This document shows positions 38,130 to 50,332 of a DNA stretch of 64,000 bases, piece by piece. The stretch comes from Mustelus asterias (lineage: Eukaryota). Location of the stretch: the NCBI RefSeq assembly GCF_964213995.1, contig NW_027590154.1:868001-932000 (forward strand), written 5' to 3'. A program made the translations under genes and the position numbers. Every line of letters begins with the position of its first letter. Positions within the stretch are counted from its first letter, which is position 1. The notes under the pieces were generated by a model. The model saw only the letters and a list, made by a program, of their open reading frames with translations, was not told where the DNA came from and ran no database searches.

Positions 38130-38867
38130 GTTTCTTTTCGTTTATTACAAATACGTTAATACAAAACAATTACAAATACACAAAGAACAAATGTGAAAAA
38201 TACATTACCAATGGCTAACGCCATCCATTTATCAGTTACTACCTTCTATTTAGGAAGGGTTCACTAACGGTCATAGTTGTCCAGGGCATTGCCCTCTCAA
38301 TACACCTCCAATTACAAATCATAACCTACAAAGTGACAAACATTAGTACAACACAACAAAAATAAACATTGCAGCATCTCCGCCGCCCTCCAGGGCACCG
38401 CCTACCGGGTTTTTCCCCTGCCGGGGGATGCAAACCTCCAGAGGTACTCAGGTCCGGGGATTCCACCTGACGGATGTTCAGCTGGAAGGAGGGGAAAGGG
38501 AAACCACCCCGAACCTACTCAATCCGGAATCCCTTCCGGATTTCCAGCCGGGGCGGTGGGAAAGGCACTCCGGGATACTCCATTCGGCCTGCCTTCACAA
38601 TTTTTCTCCCGGAGGATAAAATCCCTCCGGTGTTACTATGTCCTCGGCTTCACCACCCAGAACTTTCCCCAACAGGATGTCACACCCCCCGGGGGTTACT
38701 CTATCCGGGGGGGATGCCCCCCAGGCAGCAAGCAATGCAAAGAATTTCCGTTGGTTGGTACAAATACGATATTACAAAACAATTACAAACGTACAAAGAA
38801 CAAATATGAAAAATACATTACCGACGACTAACGCCATCCATTTATCAATTACTACCTTCCATTTAGG
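38130..38867 (-). repeat. Unclassified element with ~110-bp direct repeats around a GC-rich core
   Basis: 38146-38253 and 38759-38867 are similar copies (ACAAAACAATTACAAA...CTAACGCCATCCATTTATCA...TTTAGG); minus-strand AATAAA at the left end. Confidence 0.6.
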
Positions 38868-39245
38868 TGTCTGCTGTGGACCTGTAGACGAACTGTAGTG
38901 AATCCAGCCAGTCCTGCAGGCTGGAATTGATTCGTGCTATGACTCGCCTTTCGAAGCACTTCATTATGATGGGTGTCAGAGCCACCAGACGGTATTCATT
39001 CAGGCACGCTGCTTGGACTTTCTTTGGTACTGGGATGATGGTTGTCTTCTTGAAGCAGAAGTAAAGAGAGGTTGAAGATGTCTGCGAATACCCCCGCCAG
39101 CTGATCCACGCAGGATCTGAGTGCATGTCCGGGTACCCCATCCGGCTAGTTGCTTTCCGTGGGTTGAACTTAGAGAAAGCTGCTCCGACATCTGCAGTGA
39201 TGACCTCAGATACAGTTTCATCCAAGGCTCCCAGGATGGAGGGAA
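38868..39245 (-). mobile_element. Rex1/Babar-like RT fragment
   Basis: [13 protein letters not shown]...[20 protein letters not shown]...LQFVYR. Confidence 0.8.
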
Positions 39246-40206
39246 CGCATCGTTTCTGTAATGTAGTGATTACCACATTCACCAAACCAAAGATTCCCTG
39301 TTAGAAAGCGGGCGGAAATATACTTTTAACCTCAGAGTGAGGAAACGAGCAATAATTCACGTTTATTGCTGAATATTGACTGAATACTGTATCTTACACT
39401 GTGTTACACTTACTCTTCCCCTTCACAGTTCTGTATTCAAACCCGACGGAACATTTTTCGCAGACTCTCCTTTCCAACTTTGACGATTCAGAAAGCTTCC
39501 CCCAAACCTGCACAGTCCGGCTGATTGCTTTGATTTATATCAGATCATTGAAGGCTTCTGATGCACCACCTCCATTAATAAGTCAATCGAAGCCACATTG
39601 CAGACGGGGAAACAAACCCAACAATGATTCTCTCTTCTCCGGCTCCACATTGTGTGAGACAGGGGCAAGAAGCAGGATTTTAACCCGCAGTCTCCAATCA
39701 CCCGCTGGCAGCAGAAAGGCGCGACTGGAGATGCACCTGTACGTTTCTTTAAACTCAGAGTGAGGATTGATTGTTGAAGATTAACTCAACAGAGTATTTT
39801 ACACTGCATGTTACATTTCCCCATCCATCCGTGAACACTCAAACCCAACATTTTTCACTGACTCCCGTTTCCAGCTCTCACGGTTCAGAAAGCTTCTCTC
39901 AAACCTGCACATTCCGGATCTTCCTTTCGTTGAACAGAAGCACCGCTGATCAACATTTATTGTCCATCCCCAGCTGAGAGACAATCAGTTTGCTGTGGCT
40001 CTGGAGTCGTGTGCAGGCCAGACCACCTCACAGCAGATTTCCTTCCCCGAAGGACATTAGTGAATCATGTTTTGTTTCAACAATGGACAGTGGTTTCATG
40101 GTCATCAGTGGATTCTTATTCCAATCTGATTTATTGTATTCAAATTTCGCCTCTGGCGCCCGACAGAATCAGCTGGTCGAGGGACGACCGTCTCACCTAA
40201 AATAGC

Positions 40207-40301
40207 TGCTCCAGGTGAGGCTCGAACTCACAACCGCGGCATAACCCGCTGGTTGTACTGCTGTATAAGTACCGCGCGCTAACCGATTGCGCCACTGGAG
40301 C
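40207..40301 (-). tRNA. trnI-TAT: tRNA-Ile(TAT) with 21-nt intron (40243..40263)
   Basis: GCTCCAGTGGCGCAATCGGTTAGCGCGCGGTACTTATA[intron]ATGCCGCGGTTGTGAGTTCGAGCCTCACCTGGAGCA, then a TTTT terminator; matches the vertebrate Ile-TAT body. Confidence 0.93.
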
Positions 40302-40968
40302 ACTGCGTTTTAACCGTTTGTGTCGGATTATTAAAGGCTGCGTTACCTCCGTTAATAACAGGTATTCGAGGCCACATTTCAGACAGGGAAACAAACTCAT
40401 CAATGATTCTCTTTTCCCCGGTTGCACAATGAGTGAGACAGGGAGAAGCAGCAGGATTTTAAGCCGCAGTCTCCAATCGCCAGTAGAAAGTGGCGACTGC
40501 AGCTTCAATCAGCGGGTTGTTGACCATCCCTAAATGCCCATCAGTTTCTCAATAAATGAAGCTCATCCATGAAAAGAAATTACTTCTTCATGTCAGATTG
40601 GAAGTGTTAACATACTTTTAAAAATTCTGCTCTTTTGTACAATTCTATAATAGGAAGCAAGTTGTCCCGATGTTTTTTACTAATACTGTTAGTCTTGCTG
40701 TCCAATGATTCGGTGTTTAAATCGCCACTGCCTGTTCCCAGCGTTCACTACCAGACATTTAATCAATCCTACATTGTGGTCAGCTGTAGTGAAATGTAAT
40801 GCAGTTGAAGATAGCCTTCTGATTTCTTCAGGAGGAACAGCAAGAGCAATGTAAATATGAATTGCTGTGGGTAATTGACGGGATTGTGCAATGAGACTGA
40901 TATTTCTCCCTGCTGTTCAAACTGGCGGAAGTATTGAGCGAGGATTTTCAGGCGGGTCCCACGTGTTG

Positions 40969-41040
40969 GGTTCCGTGGTGGAATGGTGAGCACTCTGGAC
41001 TCTGAATTCAGCAATCCAAGTTCAAATCTCGGCGGAACCT
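40969..41040 (+). tRNA. trnQ-CTG: tRNA-Gln(CTG), variant or young pseudogene
   Basis: 72 nt GGTTCCGTGGTGGAATGG...CTCTGAA...GTTCAAATCTCGGCGGAACCT; T-stem mismatch (CCAAG/CTCGG); only TTT downstream. Confidence 0.85.
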
Positions 41041-41295
41041 TGCTTTGATATGCAGATGATTGATTTATCGAAGGGCGTTTCGTTTAAATTTCTCACCAAG
41101 TACTAATCGAGAAGACAATTTGTCAGCCAGTTTAACTGCTGTTACAATGCACATTGCTGAGTTTCTGGTGCCAGATGCCTGCAACGTTAGTGTTTTTCAT
41201 CTTTTCGCTGCTCTTTAACTCCTCTGTTGAAAAAAAAAGAAGCAGCTGGTGTCACACAATAACAATTCGACTGGAGTCTGGCAATTATTGAGCAA

Positions 41296-41380
41296 GTGTG
41301 TGTGTGTGTGTGTGTGTGTGCCTGTGTGTCTCTGTTTATGTGTGTGTGTGAGAGAGAGAGTGCAGTTGTATGTGTGTGTT
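41296..41380. repeat. (GT)n/(GA)n microsatellite
   Basis: Direct inspection. Confidence 0.9.
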
Positions 41381-41534
41381 TTGGGATAAAAGTCTTCCGT
41401 CACAGTGCTGTTGATTCCATGGGTGACTGTTCACACTCTGGCCTCTCGCCTCTTAACGTTTGTTTCAATTGGGACAGATAACTGAGTGAATTACACCTTC
41501 AGGTGGACACAATGCCCACTGTAGCCTCCCTGAC

Positions 41535-41800
41535 TGATGTGGAGATGCCGGCGTTGGACTGGGGTAAACACAGTAAGAAGTTTAACAACATCAGGTTAAA
41601 GTCCAACAGGTTTATTTGGTAGCAAAAGCCACACAAGCTTTCGGAGCCTGAAGTCCCTTCTTCAGGTGAGTGGGAATTCTGTTCACAAACAGGGCACATA
41701 AAGTCACAAACTCAATTCACATGAATAATGGTTGGAATGCGAATACTTGCAGCTAATCAAGTCTTTAAGATACAAACAATGTGAGTGGAGAGAGCATCAC
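41535..41800 (-). mobile_element. Penelope-like pLTR
   Basis: Reverse complement of the 15.7 kb and 34.2 kb pLTR; hammerhead variant at 41630-41670. Confidence 0.8.
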
Positions 41801-41819
41801 TGCTCCGAATAGGCACCAA

Positions 41820-42070
41820 TGGGCGGCACGGTGGCACTGCTGCCTCACAGCGCCAGAGCCTCTGGTCACTGCCTGCATGGAGTTTGCACGTTCTCGTCTG
41901 CGTGCTCCGGTTTCCTCCCACAGTCCAAAGTTAGGTTGATTGGCCATACTAAATTGCCCCTTAGTGTTAGGGGGACTTGTAGGATAAATAGATGGGGTTA
42001 TGGGGAAATGGTCTCTGTGGGATTGCGGAGGGTGCAGACTTGATGGGCCAAATGGCCTCCTTCTGCACTG
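41820..42070 (+). mobile_element. HE1-like SINE
   Basis: GGGCGGCACGGTGGCAC head, V-domain, CR1-type tail GATGGGCCAAATGGCCTCCTTCTGCACTG. Confidence 0.8.
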
Positions 42071-43371
42071 CATGCAATGATAATTTAAGTGCTTGAACCC
42101 AATTTGCTTCAATGTTTTGAAGAAGATAAAGTGGTCAATAATCATTACAAAAACATCCGCATGAAGGATTGGAGCCTGATTTTGGTCAGAGGCCAGAGCG
42201 AGTGAGAGAAGGTGTGTCTGATGTGGGAAAGGATGTGAAAATATGAATGAAAAACCCACATTGAGAGCTGCTTTCTGAATTATTACACTGTAATCATTTC
42301 AACTATTTTCATTTCTTTTATGAATGGAAGTGACATAGAACATAGAACAGCACAGAACAGGCCCTTCGGCCCACGATGTTGTGCCGAGCTTTAAACACTG
42401 AAAGGTTTTCCTAGCCGGCTGGTATTGAATTGTCAGTAATGAGGATAAGCTTTACATATCCTCTGGGGACCGTTAATCGGCTGCCTGAACTTTGCTCTCG
42501 TGTTTTGAACACATGATTGTCGAGTTACTGGAAGCGCTGACATTATTATCTCTTAAACAAATCCCAAACTCCGATGGTCGTGGCACATTGAATATACGAT
42601 AAGTAACCCGATTGAAGTTAATAATTTTAAACAGAGATGCCATTGAGAGAAATCCTGCGTACGTTAGTGGAAATGTTTATACTTCAACATCGTTCCACGG
42701 AATGTACAGTGACAGCCAGTACCTTTGCTCCAAAGCGGTAGGTATACTTTTTAAGCATCGTCACAAACACATGTTCCTTTCTTTGAACTATAGTGGGAAG
42801 GATTCCATAACTGATTATCCGACCGCTGAACTGCGGCATAACCGCTCCTTCCTTCACCAACAGATCCTCGCTTTAGCCTTGAATTGGGAGTTTCTCTTCA
42901 AGCGGCAGGGACGCTGGCAATGTGGTGAGTCAATCAGCCACTCCGACATAAAATGCAATAATTGTTCAATAATTGCCTCAGTGCTTCATGAGGGAAATCT
43001 CGCAGTCATGGCTGATCCACTCCCCCGATGGTAAGGCTTAAACGGACTGATCCTGAATGAACCAAATCTTGGACAAGCCTGAGTTTGACCGTCACAATGA
43101 TCAGAATCGGGTTTAAATGTCACCATCTGCTGTGTAAAACTGAAATATTCCTCCCATAAGGCACTGACTGTGACCCGGCTCTGAACGTTTCCAATCATTG
43201 GCAGTCAGCCAATGGCAGCCAGCTCACCAGCCTGCCTATTCTCAATGTCACTGGGAACATCAGGAAGTGAAATGAAAACATCCTGAGACTCACAGCAGAT
43301 TACTGAGGGCGGGGTTTAGAACGGGTGTCTTCAAAATCCCCAACTCCTCTTCGACAGAGCGGACAGAGACA

Positions 43372-43833
43372 ATGCGGCTGCTCAGCATCTGGGTTGTGTG
43401 GGCAATATTTCTGACAGGTAAATGTGGACCAAACACATTTCAACTTTGTTTTTACATTTTTGAAACATGGTGTAACACAAAATTTTCAACAGTCGCCTGT
43501 CAGATACTTTTATATTTGTTTTTCAGATCTGATTCATGGAGATTCTGTCACTCAGTCGCCGTCCTCAGATGTTAGGACAGAAGGAGAAGCGGTGACTTTA
43601 AATTGTAAATATGATACTGAAGCGAGCTACTACTATCTATACTGGTACCGGCAGCACCCAGACTCACAGCCTGAGTTTATACTTTCGAAATACTCTCGTG
43701 GCCGTGAAGATAAAGCCGATTTTGCCAAAAGCCGTTTCTCTGTTGAGCTCCAGACGGAGAATAAATTCAGCAGTTTAACCATCTCGGGTCTGAAGCTGGC
43801 TGACGCCGCCGTGTATTACTGCGCTTTCAGACT
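43372..43833 (+). CDS. TRAV/TRDV: TCR alpha/delta-type V segment V1, apparently functional (leader 43372..43417, V exon 43527..43833)
   Basis: 46-nt leader MRLLSIWVVWAIFLT; GT-AG phase-1 intron; DSVTQSP...TLNCKY...YWYRQHP...SRFS...LTISGLKLADAAVYYCAFR with both Cys and the Trp intact. Confidence 0.92.
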
Positions 43834-43872
43834 CACAGTGACAGAAAACAAGCTCAGCCCTGTACAAAAACT
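43834..43872 (+). other. 23-bp-spacer recombination signal sequence of V1
   Basis: CACAGTG + 23 nt + ACAAAAACT. Confidence 0.95.
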
Positions 43873-45261
43873 GCCTATCACTACAGAATGCAGCTCCTGT
43901 CTGTTGTCGCTTGTGTAAAATCGCGGTAGATGTAGCCACAATGTACAGCGAAAGGAAACCAAGCCAACCTCGAATGAAACTGTACCCAGGAGTAACTACA
44001 CAAACAAACTGCCGATTTCAACCCGACAAACAGATCAGCACAGAGTCATATTTGAAGATACCCGTTCTAATCCCCGCCTTTAATAATTTGTTCTCTACCC
44101 TCGGGGTGTTCATGCCCCACTTCCGTGTTTGACTCTGGTTCTGTGAGACCACTTGGTGGCGATCTGGTGCTGACATGGAAAGAAAAGCGTCCGAGTCTGG
44201 CTACAGTCAGCGTCTTGATAGGGGAATGGCCGCACTTTCAGAGACTGGGGGAAGTGGAAGAGGTGGTCGGGGAATGTAATCCTGGTCTGTAGATTATCAT
44301 CAGCAAATTTTGGATTGTGAGGTGCTGACAGGAACCACACCAGCCCCCAGGGAACATTCCGAAGCTCAGTGGGCACTGGGGAAAATCTACTTGGGGTTGG
44401 TTTAAAGATCACAGTCACCACTTTGCGAAATCTATTCAATGTATATAAGTTTACTCTGATTCGGCACACACTCTGTTTAAGTAAACTGTGTGAGCAGGCC
44501 GCGGCCAAGGCCTCCAGAAAACTGGGAGAGGTGACGGAGAGAGGGTTGTTCAATGCTACAGTCACGGAAAGCACATCGAAAGGAAAAAAAGTACATTGAA
44601 GTAATGAAGTAGTTTTATGAAGGTTGCTCTCAGTATAACTGTACACTGGAGTTAACTAATACAATTCCGCAAGTGTTCCTGGCGTTGTTTTTGTTTTGAG
44701 ACTGCCGGTGACTCTGACCTTGGAGGCAGAGTCTTTGATTTTGTTTCGCAATGAGAGCGCTGTCTGGAACTCCAGTGTCGCATTTTTGTCCCGAATCTGC
44801 TACTTCTCTGCTTGCTGTGTCGCACAGAAATGCGGTGTCAGAGAAAACATCTCCCGCGACATTTCAAGGGGCCATTTTGTTTCCTTTATGAAAATCAGCA
44901 GATAACTTACCTTGTACGTTTGGATACATTTTTTCAGCCCTCAGCAAAGGCAACAGTCTGGAGAACGTATCCACAAGATAGATCCCATCAGCTCCGAACA
45001 GAGGAGTTAAATGTCAGGCTCACTTCAAACTGAGCAATTGTGTACAACCCTTTAACGTGTGTTTGATAAACCAACCTTTTTAACATGTTCAATTTGGAAG
45101 TTTCGCCGCTTTACTGTTATTGTATTTCCCCGCTCTGTTTGATATGTCACTTCACAGAGAACATCTGAGAACATCTTTCTCGTTGACCCCCATCCCACAC
45201 TCAGTCTGATTAGTGACAGTGACTCAAATACTCGGAACATCTTCATCCACATTCAACACTT

Positions 45262-46535
45262 AGAACATTACAGCGCAGTACAGGCCCTTCGGCCCTCGAT
45301 GTTGCGCTGACCAGTGAAACCAATCTAAAGCCCCTCTAATCTACACTAGTCTAATATCATCCGTACGTTTATTCAATAACCATTTGAATGCTCTTAATGT
45401 TGACGAGTCCACGACTGCTGCAGGCAGGGCATTCCACGCCCTTAATACTCTCTGAGTAAACAACCTAACTCTCACATCAGTCCTATATCTCTCACCCCTC
45501 AATTTAAACTATGTCCCCTCGTGTTAGCCATCACCATCCGAGGAAAAAGGCTCTCACTGTCCACCCTATCTAATCCTCTGATCATATTGCATGCCTCTAT
45601 TAAGTCACCTCTAACCTTCTTCTCTCTAACGAAAACAACCTCAAGTCCCTCAGCCTTTCCTCATACGATTTTCCCACCATACCAGGCAACATCCTGGTAA
45701 ATCTCCTCTGCACCCTTTCCAACACTTCCACATCTTTCCTATAATGCGGCCACCAGAACTGTACGCAATACTTCAAGTGCGGCTGCACCAGAGTTTTGTA
45801 CAGTTGCAACATGACCTCATGGTTCTGAAACTCAATCCCTCTACCAATGAAAGCTAACACACCGTATGCTTTCTTAAGAACCCTCTCAACCTGGGTGGCA
45901 ACTTTCAGGGATCTATGCACATGGACCCCAGATCCCTCTGTTCATCCACAGTACCAAGTATCTTTCCATTAGCCCAGTACTCTGTATTCCTGTTGCTCCT
46001 TCCAAAGTGAATCATTTCACACTTTTCCGCATTAAATTCCATTTGCCACCTCTCAGCCCAGCTCTGCAGCTTATCTATGTCCCTCTGTAACCAGCCACTT
46101 CCCTCCGCACTGTCTACAACTCCACCGACTTTAGTGTCATCCGCAAATTTACTAATCCATCCTTCCACGCCCTCATCCAGGTCATTAATAAAAATGACAA
46201 ACAGCAGTGGCCCCAAAACAGATGCTTGCGGTGCACCACTAGTAACTGAACTCCAGGATGAATATTTCCCATCAACCACCACCCTCTGTTTTCCTACAGC
46301 TAGCCAATTCCTGATCCAAACCACTAAATCACCCTCAATCCTGTGTGCCCGTATTTTCTGCAATAGCTTACCATGGGGAACCTTGTCAAACGCATTGCTG
46401 AAATCCATATACACCACATCAACCGCTTTACCCTCATCCACCTCTTTGGTCACCTTCTCAAAGAACTCAATAAGGTTTGTGAGGCACGACCTACCCTTCA
46501 CAAAACCGTGCTGACTATCCCTAACCAAATTATTC
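45262..46535 (-). mobile_element. CR1 LINE, 5'-truncated
   Basis: ORFs 45905..46528 (QHGFVKGRSCLTNL...KFADDTK) and 45600..45920. Confidence 0.92.
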
Positions 46536-46867
46536 CTTGCATTTCATTGTTCAAGGCGATTTCTTTCAGATCAATTGAAGGTAAAAGTGTCTCTTAGCTC
46601 AAGTAGGATCAAGCTGGCTGTGTTTACTCATCTCGCTCTGAACAGGAGAGTGCGTCGTCAATGTCTCAGTTCTCTGCAATCCACAATTGTGTTTAAGTTA
46701 GTGACATCACACCAATCAGATCCAGCGATCTCTGCTCTTCCTCCTATAGGTTCTGTAGGATGTGACGACAGACCAGCCTCAGCAAATGCTCTCAGCTTCA
46801 TCTTGTTCGATATTTTGCAGCTTTCGGAGACACAAGAAGTCCGTGGAATCCAGGAACAGCAGCAGCA

Positions 46868-47885
46868 ATGTGGCTCTCCATTCTCGCTGTGATCTGCATG
46901 ACATTCATCGTCGGTAAGAAGTTTGAAACTTGAAAAAGGAGTGAACTGGAGTGTAATTTCTGCAGAAAGAAAAACAAATATCGGGCCTGCCATAGAGCGC
47001 ACTTGCGTCTTTGATCTTGGGTTTTACTTACAGGAGTATAGTTTGGCAAAACGCACAGCAAACCAGTACCAGAAGTGGGAGATGACATCTATCAGAAAGC
47101 AATGTAAACATTATGATTAATTTCTCTTCTGACGAGAAGACTAAAGGGCAAACTGGTTGATGTGTTTGATGTATTTGATGTATTTGCAATGAAGAAGAGG
47201 TTCAGTGTGGTGGACGTGGAGAGGATGATTCCACTTGGGGAGGATTCCAAATCGATGCCCCATAAATCTAAGTGAATCAAAACGATCGACTGGAAATTGC
47301 AAGGAATCTTCTTCACAGGGAGTTCTGTAGAAGGTGACGCACATTAACACAATGAGCACTTGAGGAGAGGAGTAAAGACACAGTTGGTGTAAACTAGTCA
47401 AACCACTCAGGGGGAAAGGGACAGAGGCATTTGAGATAAGGTGGGGTGGAGGATTCTCCTGGGGATTCTGAACGTGAACGTAGATCAGTTGGAGCGAATT
47501 TGTTATCATTTAATACCTATTTTTACGTTATATCGTCTGCGAATTTTCACCCTCGGTTCAGTTGAATGTTTTTCTTTCTTTAACCATGTGTTGGAGATTC
47601 TGTTACTCAGCGGGAATCCTCACTCACACGGACAGAGGGAGAAGATGTCACTTTAAGCTGCACCTATACCGACGATGCTTATTATTTATTCTGGTACCGT
47701 CAATACCCAGGCAGACAGCCCGAATTTGCGTTCCGGAGGCAGACGGGCGGCGGTGCTGAATTGAAGGCGGATTTCGCTCAGACCCGCTTTTCTGATACAA
47801 TCCAGAAGTCAGACAAGTTGTCCCGATTGACCATCTCGGAGCTGCTGCTGTCTGACACCGCGGTCTATTGCTGTGCACAGAGTCT
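46868..47885 (+). CDS. TRAV/TRDV: TCR alpha/delta-type V segment V2 (leader 46868..46913, V exon ~47585..47885); open frame but non-canonical acceptor
   Basis: Leader MWLSILAVICMTFIV|GTAAG; GDSVTQRESSLTRTEGEDVTLSCTYTDDAYYLFWYRQYPGRQPEF...TRFS...LTISELLLSDTAVYCCAQS; expected AG reads AC (TTTAAC|CA). Confidence 0.8.
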
Positions 47886-47924
47886 CACAGTGATGAGAAT
47901 GAGTGCAATCCTCGCACAAAAACT
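47886..47924 (+). other. 23-RSS of V2
   Basis: CACAGTG + 23 nt + ACAAAAACT. Confidence 0.93.
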
Positions 47925-48900
47925 GTCGCAGGTTTCTGGCTCGCACCTGCTGTTTGCTGAGTGCCGTTTATAACAGCGGGTCTCACACTGACACGTAAAC
48001 ATATTTGGAAGCAAACACCAAAAGCAATCCACATAAACGCCATTGAAAACCGTTCACATCGAAGGCAGATTCCTTCTCGTTCTTACATTCACTGTGCGAA
48101 GGAAGAATTGACTACTCTTCATTTGGGGGTCACTGGGAACTGGGCACTAACATTGGGAAGACAAAGCAAAACATCAGTCATTCGTGTAAACAGAAGCCCG
48201 CCAGCTGAGGCTAACCAATCGTGACTAAATACCTCTCATTTAAACTCATTTACAAACTGAGAATGATTGACATAAAAAGTACAAAAGGATTACTTCCAGT
48301 CATGATTAGAAGCTGATAAACAACAATGAATAGAGCAAATGATTTAAAATGAAAGAGCTGGTGTGGCCTAAGCACTGGAAGAGATGGTTTGAAAACCAAC
48401 CAAGCATAGAAGCTGGATTGAAAAGACCGTCAGGAACTTTGCTAAAATCTTCAGAAGTGCCTTGGGAAATCGGAACACACCAGAGAAGTCTTTATGCCCA
48501 TAAAAGTAAATTGCTTTTCCTGCACTTCACTCAGCGTCATTTACCTCCTGCTACATTTACCTGTTGCTTGCACTTCCGCTAACATCTGGAGCACAGACAA
48601 ATATCTGGCACAGCAATTATGTCAAAAATCTCCAATTTGCCAATTCGTAACAATTCTCTAAACACAACTTTGCATTAATGTATTTGTTGTAAATGGAAAA
48701 GAGGAATCCTTCACCAGTGCTGCATCCGTTACTCAACGTTTGTTAATATTTTGTATCTCTTTTAAATCAGAACAATTCGCTGATAGATTTAGAAATTCCA
48801 GTTACTCAACCCTCCACTCCCACCACCACCCATCCCCCTGGCCCATCCTCCCGCCACCCGTTCCTTTTGACCCTCTATTCCCTTTGTCACACTGCGGCAG

Positions 48901-50332
48901 TGTATCTGTTCAATGTTTCCTCTAATTTCTGTCACGGTGTTTCTCAGTCCGCAGTAATACACTGCGGTACCAGACAGCCGCAGCTCACGGATGGCAAACT
49001 TCCCTTCATTTTTTGAAGTGGTCATGGATGCAAAAAGCTGGTCTGGTCTGAAAACATCGCCATGTTTATGGATGTTGATCAAGAATGTTGGGCTTTTTCC
49101 CGGTCCTGATAATACATAAGACCATAAGACCATAAGACATAGGAGCGGAAGTAAGGCCATTCGGCCCATCGAGTCCACTCCACCATTCAATCATGGTTGA
49201 TTTCAACTCCATTTACCCGCTCTCTCCCCATAGCCCTTAATTCCTCGAGAAATCAAGAATTTATCAATTTCTGTCTTGAAGACGCTCAACGTCTCGGCCT
49301 CCACAGCCCTCTGTGGCAATGAATTCCACAGACCTACCACTCTCTGGCTGAAGAAATTTCTCCTCATCTCTGTTCTAAAGTGACTCCCTTTTATTCTAAG
49401 GCTGTGCCCCCGCGTCCTAGTCTCCCCTGCTAATGGAAACAACTTCCCTACGTCCATCCTATCTAAGCCGTTCATTATCTTGTAAGTTTCTATCAGATCT
49501 CCCCTCAACCTCCTAAACTCCAATGAATATAATCCCACGATCCTCAGACGTTCATCGTATGTCAGGCCTACCATTCCTGGGATCATCCGTGTGAATCTCC
49601 GCTGGACCCGCTCCAGTGCCAGTATGTCCTTCCTGAGGTGTGGGGCCCAAAATTGCTCACAGTACTCCAAATGGGGCCTAACCAGTGCTTTATAAAGCCT
49701 CAGAAGTACATCCCTGCTTTTGTATTCCAAGCCTCTTGAGATAAATGACAACATTACATTTGCTTTCTTAATTACGGACTCAACCTGCAAGTTTACCTTT
49801 AGAGAATCCTGGACTAGGACTCCCAAGTCCCTTTGCACTTTAGCATTATGAATTTTGTCACCGTTTAGAAAATAGTCCATGCCTCTATTCTTTTTTCCAA
49901 AGTGCATGACCTCGCACTTGCCCACGTTGAAGTTCATCAGCCACTTCTTGGACCACTCTCCTAAACTGTCTAAATCTTTCTGCAGCCTCCCCACCTCCTC
50001 AATACTACCTGTACAGCTGTAAGAAATGTGAATTAGCTGTGGTCGAATAGCTGAAATCATTCATTACCGAATCTCCTTCAAACGTTGTCATAAAACGGCT
50101 CCTGTGGGCCAGAATCTGTATCAATAATACCTGCAATTAATTATAAATGCAGTTTTTAAAAAAATTGTCAATGTTATCAAGGTAACGGAATTGATTGCAA
50201 CCAGTGAAGAAACATGATATATGGGTGATTTCCAAGTCCGTGTCACGAACAAAGTGAAAATTATTCAATTTACTTACTTGCCAGTTAAGAGCGCTGCCGC
50301 TGTGGGGATTTCTGCAAAGTAAGAGTTAATTT
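48901..50332 (-). pseudogene. TRAV/TRDV: TCR V pseudogene V3, split by a CR1 insertion; RSS 48901..48939
   Basis: 3' half PGKSPTFLI...IRELRLSGTAVYYCGLR + CACCGTG-23-ACAGATACA; 5' half at ~50010-50130 (FEGDSVMNDFSYST...LQLYR) is frameshifted and lacks Cys and Trp; decayed leader ~50281-50332. Confidence 0.8.
49115..50010 (-). mobile_element. Young 5'-truncated CR1 inserted in the V3 exon
   Basis: Uninterrupted ORF2 C-terminus (49203..~50010) and TCTTATGG tail repeats. Confidence 0.92.

Noticed and set aside
44374-44425. J-like peptide ENLLGVGLKITVTT after a CACTGGG heptamer-like site
   Set aside because: No F/W-G-x-G motif, no nonamer at 12 or 23 bp, and no splice donor after it.
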